A DNA stretch of 61,440 nt, filler included. It is 5 parts of 5 records of this genome, joined end to end, with 100 filler letters (N's around TTAATTAATTAA, not from the genome) between each part and the next. Parts side by side here need not be neighbours in the genome. Positions count along the whole stretch, not along the records: positions 1 to 23,031 come from DRR723986_33066; 4 more parts are not named here. One strand, given 5' to 3'. Positions 8,863-16,834 of the stretch are shown in pieces (the stretch's first letter is position 1; every line of letters starts with the position of its first letter). The translations under genes and the position numbers were made by a program. A model generated the notes under the pieces. That model was not told the DNA's origin and did no database searches. It worked only from the letters and a program-made list of their open reading frames with translations.

Positions 8863-8898
8863 AAAAAGCCCCGAGAGAATTTTCTCTCGGGGCTTTTT
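8863..8898. terminator. Intrinsic terminator (bidirectional form)
   Basis: AAAAAGCCCCGAGAGAA / TTCTCTCGGGGCTTTTT hairpin about 20 bp after the Hc1 stop. Confidence 0.9.
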
Positions 8899-8948
8899 CA
8901 TGAATTTATTGTCCCGTCCTGAAATAGCGTTACACAAAATGTAATGTT

Positions 8949-9383
8949 ATGAAAGAAGAACAAGAGAGTAAGTATGTTAAGCGAACCCAACGAGATTACA
9001 GTTATGCTTTTAAATTATCGGTTGTTTCCGAGGTAGAGCGTGGGGAATTGGGAATAAAAGCCGCCGCGCGCAAGTATGGGATTCAGTCTCATTCTACAGT
9101 GACAGGCTGGTTAAGGAAATATGGTAACTTTGATTGGGTGAACAAATCCACTTTAAAGATGCCTAAATCAAAGGATCAAAAACTGTTAGAACTCGAGCAG
9201 AAAGTGCTCCTTCTGGAGAAGCAGAAGAAAGAACTTCAAAAGCAAGTACAGACAGCCGATAAAAAAGTCATCCTCTTTGATATGATGATTGATATTGCCG
9301 AAGAAGAGTTTAAAATTCCGATTAGAAAAAAGTCTTTACCCGAACAGTCGATCGATACAGAATCGAGCAAAAAGAAAGCTTAA
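8949..9383 (+). CDS. IS3 transposase OrfA (HTH)
   Basis: YSYAFKLSVV...AARKYGI..STVTGWLRKYG HTH followed by a coiled coil. Confidence 0.93.
   Translation: MKEEQESKYVKRTQRDYSYAFKLSVVSEVERGELGIKAAARKYGIQSHSTVTGWLRKYGNFDWVNKSTLKMPKSKDQKLLELEQKVLLLEKQKKELQKQVQTADKKVILFDMMIDIAEEEFKIPIRKKSLPEQSIDTESSKKKA
9326..9332 (+). promoter_or_regulatory. -1 programmed ribosomal frameshift site A-AAA-AAG
   Basis: In X-XXY-YYZ phase with OrfA (aga aaa aag). The -1 frame is open from here into OrfB (VFTRTVDRYRIEQKESLTAACRLFG). Confidence 0.85.
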
Positions 9384-9397
9384 CAGCAGCCTGCAGA

Positions 9398-10207
9398 TTG
9401 TTTGGGGTTGACAGACAGGAATATTATCGAGCCGTCAAAAGAGAGGAAAAGAGACGACAGGTGGCTACTGAAGTAGTGGCCATGATAGAAAAAGTACGGA
9501 TGAGAATGCCACGGATTGGCACCCGGAAATTATATCATCTCCTATATAATGAGTTAAAGGACATGGCAGTGGGAAGAGATCGTTTATTTGCCATCGTCAG
9601 GGCTAATCACCTTCATATTATCCCTAAAAGACAATACCACATCACAACAAACTCCCACCATCGGTTTAGAAAACATAAGAACTTGCTTGAGTCTCTTCCT
9701 ATTGTGAGACCAGAGCAAGTATGGGTTTCTGATATTACCTACATTGGTACCAGAAGCAACCCCAAGTACCTTTCTTTGGTTACAGATGCCTATTCAAAGA
9801 AAATCATGGGATTTAATGTCTCAAAAAGTCTGGATGCTTCCGGAGCAGTAGCTGCACTGGAACATGCCATAGCTAATCGAAGACATCCCGAAAAGAAACT
9901 TATACATCATTCTGATCGGGGTTTACAGTATTGTTGTGACGCCTATCAAGCCTTACTGGAAAAGTATCGAATCAGCTGTAGCATGACAGAAAGCTATGAT
10001 CCATATCAAAATGCGGTAGCAGAAAGAGTCAACGGAATCCTAAAACATGAATTTATTCTGGGAATCATAATCCATGACTTAGAACTGATGAACAAAATGA
10101 TAGAAGAGTCTATTTATATTTACAATAATGAAAGGCCACATTGGAGTTGTCGGATGGAAACACCAAACAACATGCACCTGCAAAACAGCATAAAGATTAG
10201 AACCTAA
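9398..10207 (+). CDS. IS3 transposase OrfB (DDE/rve integrase core)
   Basis: WVSDITY, HHSDRGLQY, NAVAERVNGILK; in -1 frame relative to OrfA. Confidence 0.95.
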   Translation: MFGVDRQEYYRAVKREEKRRQVATEVVAMIEKVRMRMPRIGTRKLYHLLYNELKDMAVGRDRLFAIVRANHLHIIPKRQYHITTNSHHRFRKHKNLLESLPIVRPEQVWVSDITYIGTRSNPKYLSLVTDAYSKKIMGFNVSKSLDASGAVAALEHAIANRRHPEKKLIHHSDRGLQYCCDAYQALLEKYRISCSMTESYDPYQNAVAERVNGILKHEFILGIIIHDLELMNKMIEESIYIYNNERPHWSCRMETPNNMHLQNSIKIRT

Positions 10208-10301
10208 AAAAAGAAAAATAGCACCGAGTCGAAACCCGATGCTATCTAAATTTATCCTTAAAAACTGTAACGCTTATTCAGGACTAGTCATATTTTTAAA
10301 A

Positions 10302-10940
10302 TTATTTTGCAATAATTCCGTCCTTGATCAATTGATATTCTACAGATTGGGCAAAAGTTTTCGAGAATGATTCAATCGTGGAAGGGTTGGTAGTTTCGGA
10401 TTGGGCTGACCAAACCAAAGCTTCTGTTTGTGCATCATACAGATTTATCTCTAAGTAATAATTTTTGTCTGTTGCATAGTATCCTGGATCGTACATTACT
10501 GGATTGTAGTAGGAATAGTATCCATAAAATCTACCATAATATCCACCATAGCCCATAGGCGAGTACATGGTAGTTCCTGGTACATATCTCGTTTCAGATG
10601 TTTGATCCAAAAGCGCAACAGTAAGAATTGCGTCGTGCCCAGCAGCTTGAATTGCAGAGACTACTTTCTCTTTGTTTTCAGGGGTAGCTTTGAAGCCTGG
10701 AGGGATGATGTCAAAGCTACTGTTGGCAGTTATACCATCCTCTTCTAGAATTGCATCTATATCATTTTCTATGGTTTGTCTGGCAACTAGTTTGTCTGTC
10801 AACGCAGTAACAAAAATGTTGCTATATCCTCCTGCTTTTGCTTCAGGAGCTTTCCATGAACCTGTGATTTTTGTGCTAGGTGAGCATGCGGCCAGTGTCC
10901 CTATTAGCACTAAGGCGATGAATGAATTTAATTTCCTCAT
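10302..10940 (-). CDS. DUF4136-like lipoprotein
   Basis: Lipobox LAAC, Tyr/Gly-rich insert, LEINLYDAQTEALVWSAQS. Confidence 0.75.
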   Translation of the reverse strand: MRKLNSFIALVLIGTLAACSPSTKITGSWKAPEAKAGGYSNIFVTALTDKLVARQTIENDIDAILEEDGITANSSFDIIPPGFKATPENKEKVVSAIQAAGHDAILTVALLDQTSETRYVPGTTMYSPMGYGGYYGRFYGYYSYYNPVMYDPGYYATDKNYYLEINLYDAQTEALVWSAQSETTNPSTIESFSKTFAQSVEYQLIKDGIIAK

Positions 10941-10959
10941 TATTTGATAGTTGTTTTAA

Positions 10960-11508
10960 TTAGTTATTACTGTCTATTGACTCAAATACTTCTTGCACTG
11001 CATCTTCGATTGCCTCTTGTTTCTTTTCCTGTTTTGATGGGATGATTTTGGAAACTACTCCTACCCAGGCAGCTTCATTTGTCTTAGCATCTACTAAATG
11101 AATTGAAAGAGTGCCCTCTTTGTAGTTATTTACCACAATTTCTTCGCTTTGCCATGTATAGTTTCTTTGCCCTGTATACATAAAGGGATCGGTGGCGAGA
11201 CTTGTTTCACGAGTTTGTTCTTTATTCTCGATCACAATTCCAAGGTTAATTTTCAACTCAGGATCTGAATTATCTTCTGAAAGGCCTCTTGCAGCGAGCT
11301 GCTTTGCTATTTCCTGTTTAAGATAAACCACAGACTGGGAAAAAGCTGGAACTTCAGTTTCACTTTGATCTACTTCTAGAAAAGAATAAGTCTTATACGT
11401 AGAAAGCTTAAAATCGTCATAAAGTCCGGGCTCAACTGTGACATTTGTAGCAGTACAACCCATAAACATAATTATCAGAATCAGGAGTGGTAAAGTAGAC
11501 TTTGTCAT
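10960..11508 (-). CDS. DUF4136-domain lipoprotein
   Basis: FMGC lipobox, YKTYSF, YKEGTLSIHLVDAKTNEAAWVG; ATG at 11508 preferred. Confidence 0.88.
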   Translation of the reverse strand: MTKSTLPLLILIIMFMGCTATNVTVEPGLYDDFKLSTYKTYSFLEVDQSETEVPAFSQSVVYLKQEIAKQLAARGLSEDNSDPELKINLGIVIENKEQTRETSLATDPFMYTGQRNYTWQSEEIVVNNYKEGTLSIHLVDAKTNEAAWVGVVSKIIPSKQEKKQEAIEDAVQEVFESIDSNN

Positions 11509-11654
11509 GATTAATATGAATTTATATAGCTCTAATTTACTAAAGAAATATGATTTAAGGAGGTAGGAATTCAATACTAATTTAATATAATTTAGTTTGA
11601 ATTTTGACCTCCAAAAGAAACTGTTTAATCATCAAGAGATCTTACAGGCAGAAA

Positions 11655-11692
11655 AATCGGCAAGTAGAACTAGTTGTTTTACTTGCCGGATT
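11655..11692 (-). terminator. Probable intrinsic terminator
   Basis: CGGCAAGTA/TACTTGCCG stem with A-run on the left (U-tail on minus) downstream of 11717-12310. Confidence 0.6.
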
Positions 11693-11716
11693 ATTGCTTA
11701 ACTATTCAGTAGTTAA

Positions 11717-12310
11717 TTATCGTATGAAAACAATACCAAAATCAAGTCCTACAGTAGATTGACCATCTAAATTGCTGCTGCTAAATGATTGGTAGTATTT
11801 GGCTCCTAATCTGAAGCCTACATTTTGTGCTGGTCTGTATAATATTCCGAGTTCAGGTCTCAAAGCAAATTGCCAATGAGTTTCCTCTGAAGAAAACACA
11901 CCCATATCAATTCTTCTATCATGCGCTATTGTCCCAAGTCCCAAACCAGCATATGGTCTGAATTCACCAGTTCTGTTAGCAAAGTAAGTACCTGTGACTA
12001 AAATAGGATAGTTGTTTTGATAGCGGTATTGAACTCCAGATAGAGAGGCTGATCCTTCAGTATATACTTTGCTTTCTTCTCTTTTGTATAAAGTATAACT
12101 ACCTATTTCTCCACCTATAGCAAAATTAGGTTTAATGAATCGTTGGTATTCCAACTTGATCCCTCTGCCAGAAACCTGGTCTATGTAATCTGAAGTGGTA
12201 CCAGTTGGGATACTTACAGAATAGTTGATTGAGAAGAAGGATGATTGGGCTTGCGCAACTCCAGCAACTACCATTACCAGAAGTGCTGCTAATATGATTG
12301 ACTTTTTCAT
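11717..12310 (-). CDS. Small outer-membrane beta-barrel (OmpW/OmpA-membrane-like)
   Basis: Signal peptide, FRPYAGLGLG, alternating strands, C-terminal GIVF. Confidence 0.85.
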   Translation of the reverse strand: MKKSIILAALLVMVVAGVAQAQSSFFSINYSVSIPTGTTSDYIDQVSGRGIKLEYQRFIKPNFAIGGEIGSYTLYKREESKVYTEGSASLSGVQYRYQNNYPILVTGTYFANRTGEFRPYAGLGLGTIAHDRRIDMGVFSSEETHWQFALRPELGILYRPAQNVGFRLGAKYYQSFSSSNLDGQSTVGLDFGIVFIR

Positions 12311-12312
12311 GA

Positions 12313-12963
12313 TTATTTAGCTAGGTATGGTGATTGAGAAAATGCTTGGTCAATAGTTGTATTAATTCTACTGTTAATTGCAGAAGTACTTCCTTCTAGC
12401 AAACCATTGATTACTGATGTCCAAACAACAGGAATTTGATCATTTTCCGAGATATTATTAGGGTCGGTCATCTGCAGCAATACTGTTCCAGTACGCACAG
12501 AAGATACTTGCGGTGGGTAATACCCAGGGTAGTACCAGCTCCATCCTGGACCCCATCCTGGATAGAACCAGTTCCAATACCACCAATCGTAGTAAAAGAA
12601 AAGCTGGTCTGTCTGAATCACTGAGGGTAGAATAATCAAATCAGGATTTGCACTCTTATCTACTTCGGTGTACCCCGCATTTCTCATATTAGTTCTAATT
12701 GAAGCTAATATTGCAGCGGTATAGCCTGGAGAAACATATTCCGGCTCATAATTACCACCTGCTCCGTTGATAAATTGTCCTTCGATTTTGACAATCTTAT
12801 CCGGAACAGCAAATGTATTATTAGAAGCAAAATTATGGTTGACATCGTAATTGGTATAGACGACATCCAATTCGTCTATATACTCAGCCCCATCAGGAGT
12901 ACATGACAGCAGCATGCACCATCCTAATACTCCTATTCCTAGTAGTTGTAGTTTTTTAAGCAT
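12313..12963 (-). CDS. DUF4136-domain lipoprotein with Trp/Tyr-rich loop
   Basis: Lipobox LLSC, GTVLLQMTD, VVWTSVINGL, IDQAFSQSPYL. Confidence 0.85.
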   Translation of the reverse strand: MLKKLQLLGIGVLGWCMLLSCTPDGAEYIDELDVVYTNYDVNHNFASNNTFAVPDKIVKIEGQFINGAGGNYEPEYVSPGYTAAILASIRTNMRNAGYTEVDKSANPDLIILPSVIQTDQLFFYYDWWYWNWFYPGWGPGWSWYYPGYYPPQVSSVRTGTVLLQMTDPNNISENDQIPVVWTSVINGLLEGSTSAINSRINTTIDQAFSQSPYLAK

Positions 12964-12986
12964 AAAATTTATTTTGGTTTGTTTTC

Positions 12987-13457
12987 TTATTGATCTATGA
13001 ATGGCAATTCCTGTTGCATTGCATTCCTAATCGTATTGTGGATATAGGTGTCTATTTGCATAAACTTGGCAGCATCGAATGCTGAGGTAGCTTTCTTGAA
13101 TTTTTTATAATATGCTGAATGAAGTTTAGATAGCTCCAAGTCATTTTTAAATGTTCGCTTGGCTAAGTTATCTGCTTCTTCCTCACCGATAGTCTCATAT
13201 TCTGTCAAAAAATCGTTGATGATATTCATGCGTTCTCTAGCTATCAGAGTTCTTTCTGCCTCATAGGCCTGATATATCGTCCAAAAACCAGGAGCTACAG
13301 ATTCTGGTAAATCCATATAGCCTTCGATGATTTGTTTTTTGTCCATACCAAAAGCGGACTGAATAATAGTGATCTCATCTTCCAATTCACTTTGCGCAAA
13401 GGATGTTTGGAAGGAAATGAGAATTAAGAACCCTGAAATTAAAAGTGCTTTTTTCAT
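12987..13457 (-). CDS. Secreted alpha-helical hypothetical protein (Spy/CpxP-like pattern)
   Basis: Signal peptide ending SFAQ; MDLPES...FWTIYQAYEAE pattern; -7 element TAACTTTG at 13494-13501 supports the ATG at 13457. Confidence 0.7.
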   Translation of the reverse strand: MKKALLISGFLILISFQTSFAQSELEDEITIIQSAFGMDKKQIIEGYMDLPESVAPGFWTIYQAYEAERTLIARERMNIINDFLTEYETIGEEEADNLAKRTFKNDLELSKLHSAYYKKFKKATSAFDAAKFMQIDTYIHNTIRNAMQQELPFIDQ

Positions 13458-13584
13458 AAATGTTGGATTTAAAAACTGAAAACATCTTAAAGACAAAGTT
13501 ATACTTAATTAAGTTTTAGAGTGAAAAAAAATGAAGGAATAATCCTAAAAACTATTAAAATTAGGTATCAAGGCCTAAATATAG

Positions 13585-14796
13585 CTAAAAGGACTCGTTG
13601 ATATTTAAGTAAAAGCCTGAATTACCTTTTTGTCCAAATCCATAATCAGCCGTTATAGTGGTACGCTTTTCTTTATTGATCATTACCCGTAGCCCCACCC
13701 CATATCCTGGATTGATGGTTTCCATGAGTTTCTCTCCTGTCATTTTACTACTGAAAGAGGCCGCATTCAGGAATATAGTACCTCCAAAAAGATCTTTGTT
13801 TTTCATGAGTGGGAAGCGGTATTCTACTTCTGAGTACAGCATGTTTTCACCTCTGAATCTTCCTTGGGAATAACCTCTGCCACTTCGCCCAAACATATCC
13901 CAGCCAATACTCGGTAAATTCATATAAGGCAGATCTCCTGATACCAAAAAGTTTCCCATCGCCCATGCAGCTATAATATGTCTTTTCCGAGTTTCACTTA
14001 GGTTGAAATAATGTCTATAGTCAAGTAGGAGTGTAGAGGAAGATTTGTCAGACCCTAGAAACTCCGGGTTGATTTTGTAGGAAATCATAGCATAATTATG
14101 CTCATAGGGAGAGACTGCTACATCACGATTCTCCATGATTCCATTTAAGGAAATTCCAGATAAAGTGTATTGATCTACTGGAACTCCTATAGATTCATTG
14201 TAGTAGTCATGACTGAATTCAGCATTGAAGTCTATCAAGTCATCGCCTATTAGATAACTTTCAATTTTTTGATGGATATCCAAATGATACCCAACACCAA
14301 GATAGAATTTGCTAAACCCTACTCTCCGCAGTATAGTCTCATGAAAGCGGATCAACGTAAAATCCATTTGCTGCTCTCCAACAATCACTGACTCTTGGCC
14401 GATTTGTTCCAAATCAAAGTCATTCGGAGTGGAGCTACCTAGGCCATAAGTAGGCTGTGATGTGATGAAATAGCGCCAATCACCAATCAGATTCCACTGA
14501 TCGTCAGCTAGAAATACATTACTCTTTGAACTAATAATCCACTGCTTTTTAGTGGTGTATAAAAAGTTGAAAACCAAATTTGATTGGTGGGTAGATATGG
14601 GATCTCCCATAAACCAAGAAGTGGAAGCTGCCACACCAAACATCCAGCCATTGGCGGGATTGTATGCAACGGCAGGCAATGGCAAAATACTGAAATTGTT
14701 AATCCGATTTGGAGTATAAGTTATCGTGTCAATTTCCTGCGCATTCACACTAAGACCTGCTATGCAAAACAAAAAAATAAGCTGGAGCTTTTTCAT
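13585..14796 (-). CDS. Omp85 (BamA/TamA-type) surface-antigen barrel without POTRA domains
   Basis: LPAVAYNPANG, GRGYSQGRFRG, EVEYRFPL, GYGVGLR, terminal NESF. Confidence 0.85.
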   Translation of the reverse strand: MKKLQLIFLFCIAGLSVNAQEIDTITYTPNRINNFSILPLPAVAYNPANGWMFGVAASTSWFMGDPISTHQSNLVFNFLYTTKKQWIISSKSNVFLADDQWNLIGDWRYFITSQPTYGLGSSTPNDFDLEQIGQESVIVGEQQMDFTLIRFHETILRRVGFSKFYLGVGYHLDIHQKIESYLIGDDLIDFNAEFSHDYYNESIGVPVDQYTLSGISLNGIMENRDVAVSPYEHNYAMISYKINPEFLGSDKSSSTLLLDYRHYFNLSETRKRHIIAAWAMGNFLVSGDLPYMNLPSIGWDMFGRSGRGYSQGRFRGENMLYSEVEYRFPLMKNKDLFGGTIFLNAASFSSKMTGEKLMETINPGYGVGLRVMINKEKRTTITADYGFGQKGNSGFYLNINESF

Positions 14797-16019
14797 TAGA
14801 ATGAAATGTCTAGTTGAAGCCTGAAACGTAATTCATCGTCTTGAGGAAGTTCCTTATCTTGGAAAGTAAATCGAGTTAGTTCTGTGGTCAATTTATTTTT
14901 ATGTCCAGAAAAGAACCAGTTAAAAGCTACTGCTGCCTCTCGTTGTTTATTACTTGTAATCTCTAGATCTGGATTAACTACTGCATACCTAAATGCTATT
15001 TCCAAAGGCTCTGGCCAGAAATTCAGCGCTTGATGAACAAGATAACCTGCTGTTAAATAGTATCCACCAAGATTAGTCTCTATTTCGTCAAAGTTGTCGT
15101 AGATACTTTTACGATGAAATTCACTTGACCAAGAGAAACCTTTATAGATAAATGCAGACTCTATCTGGTACTGTTTCACGGTGTACTGACCATCGTTTGT
15201 GCCTTCATATCCAGAAAGATTTCCTCCTCCTGAAGTTGAAAACCTAGTGTAAGGACTCGTATTGGTCACAGCAGCTATGGCAATAATTGCGGCTGGTTTT
15301 TGAGATATTTTCAAATCACCTCCAGAAAAAGGCACTTCTCTGCCTAGGAAATTCCATTGAAATCTACCGAAATACATCATTTTGGAATCGTCATTTTGAC
15401 GTGCACCTCTTCCCAGTCCGGTTAAAATAGCTGCCCAATAGTTGAAATTCGCAATTCCTCCTCCGTTTAAATTTCCATAGACTTCTACTCCCTGTTGCCT
15501 GTCTACTGTAAACTTCCTATTCAATAGTGATCGATCTACAAATTGCTGATCTCCACTGCTAATAAATCTTTCTCGTGTGAATTCCACCTTCCATTGTCCA
15601 GCTTTAAAGTTTAACCAGGGCCATTTTTCGATCATTACCCTGTAGTCAAGGAGAAGGCTTTGGGATAGCTCGTACTCGAAGTAATATTTTATCCAAGGCT
15701 GGTAAGCATGGCCACCAACTTTTAATCTAGCTCTATTTATCTTAAAGACACGTTGATCCTGATTTCGGAAATCCGCGAAAGTTATTGGATCCTGATCATC
15801 AGGCAGTGCAAACCTAAGTTGTAATCGGGCTGCGATTTGCATTTCATAATTACCGTCTTCACTTTTAAGAATAAATCCCTTTGAGGTATGATTGAGAAAT
15901 GATTCCTTTTTTTCAGTCTTTGTTTGAATGCTATCTGATTCTTGGGCAATTGAAGGTGTAAATCCTATAATTAGAAGTAAACACAATACAACTGTTCGAG
16001 TGGTAGTTAAGAAATGCAC
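14796..16019 (-). CDS. Porin, OprO/OprP (phosphate-selective porin)-like
   Basis: FKINRARLKVGG, GQWKVEFTRE, DRQQG, terminal RLQLDISF; 1-bp overlap with the Omp85 gene. Confidence 0.8.
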   Translation of the reverse strand: MHFLTTTRTVVLCLLLIIGFTPSIAQESDSIQTKTEKKESFLNHTSKGFILKSEDGNYEMQIAARLQLRFALPDDQDPITFADFRNQDQRVFKINRARLKVGGHAYQPWIKYYFEYELSQSLLLDYRVMIEKWPWLNFKAGQWKVEFTRERFISSGDQQFVDRSLLNRKFTVDRQQGVEVYGNLNGGGIANFNYWAAILTGLGRGARQNDDSKMMYFGRFQWNFLGREVPFSGGDLKISQKPAAIIAIAAVTNTSPYTRFSTSGGGNLSGYEGTNDGQYTVKQYQIESAFIYKGFSWSSEFHRKSIYDNFDEIETNLGGYYLTAGYLVHQALNFWPEPLEIAFRYAVVNPDLEITSNKQREAAVAFNWFFSGHKNKLTTELTRFTFQDKELPQDDELRFRLQLDISF

Positions 16020-16071
16020 TTTGACTGATTATTAAATGAAATGCTTCGTAATTTGAAGCGCAAATAACGCA

Positions 16072-16109
16072 AAAACCATCGAGAATAATTGGGGTTTCTC
16101 GATGGTTTT
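16072..16109. terminator. Intrinsic terminator
   Basis: 14-bp stem AAAACCATCGAGAA/TTCTCGATGGTTTT downstream of 16132-16797. Confidence 0.8.
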
Positions 16110-16131
16110 CAATTGAAATGGGATTTTGAAA

Positions 16132-16797
16132 CTATTTTGCAGGCTGAGGTATTCTAAAAACCAAACCTCCCTCTAAGCCAAATTGATATAAGCTGGAATA
16201 ACTTGAAAGACCTCCTCCAACTCCTCCTGTACCAAAGTAAAGACCGCCGCCAATAGCTTGAGTTGCTGAGAATAATGAAGCTTGAACTCGAATAGCAATA
16301 TTTTCGGCTAACCAAAAATTAGATCCTCCACGGATATTCCAGGCAAACTTTGTGGCAGAATTTTCATTGCCATTGTCGGGATTTGAAACATTAAATATAC
16401 CCAACCCAAAACCAGCTCCAGCAAATGGCTCTACGATTTCATTCACCTTGAAATACCTCGTGCCATTCAACATGATCCAGTTGATGGCCATATCGAAATC
16501 AGTGTTTTGGATTTGTCCCCCAAAAATGCCACCATCTTGATAAATCGTAGGCGCATTAGTGTCTTGACGTAGATATTGGAGTTCGATTGCTCCTTTATTT
16601 GGGATATGGTACTCTATCCCTGCTCCCCATCTCAATCCATCTTGAATCTGACCGTTGAAATAGGAACTACTAGAATAATATGAATCTACATTATCTTTAA
16701 ATACATACCCAGCGTAGGTGTTGATTCTTAATTCCTGTGCATATGATATGGCTGTAATCGCGGTAAGCAAAAAGAGGGTTGTGAATACCTTTTTCAT
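16132..16797 (-). CDS. Outer-membrane beta-barrel protein
   Basis: Signal peptide ending YAQ, EPFAGAGFG, KFAWNIRGG, C-terminal GLVFR. Confidence 0.85.
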   Translation of the reverse strand: MKKVFTTLFLLTAITAISYAQELRINTYAGYVFKDNVDSYYSSSSYFNGQIQDGLRWGAGIEYHIPNKGAIELQYLRQDTNAPTIYQDGGIFGGQIQNTDFDMAINWIMLNGTRYFKVNEIVEPFAGAGFGLGIFNVSNPDNGNENSATKFAWNIRGGSNFWLAENIAIRVQASLFSATQAIGGGLYFGTGGVGGGLSSYSSLYQFGLEGGLVFRIPQPAK

Positions 16798-16834
16798 CTC
16801 ATTGAAAGTTTAGTTTCTTTAATTTATATATGAT

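Larger units (their letters stand above)
8910..10290 (+). mobile_element. IS3-family insertion sequence, 1381 bp
   Basis: TG...CA ends; terminal IRs TGTCCCGTCCTGAAATAGCGTTACA vs TGACTAGTCCTGAATAAGCGTTACA (20/25); 3-bp TAT duplication at 8907-8909 and 10291-10293; orfA/orfB. Confidence 0.95.
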
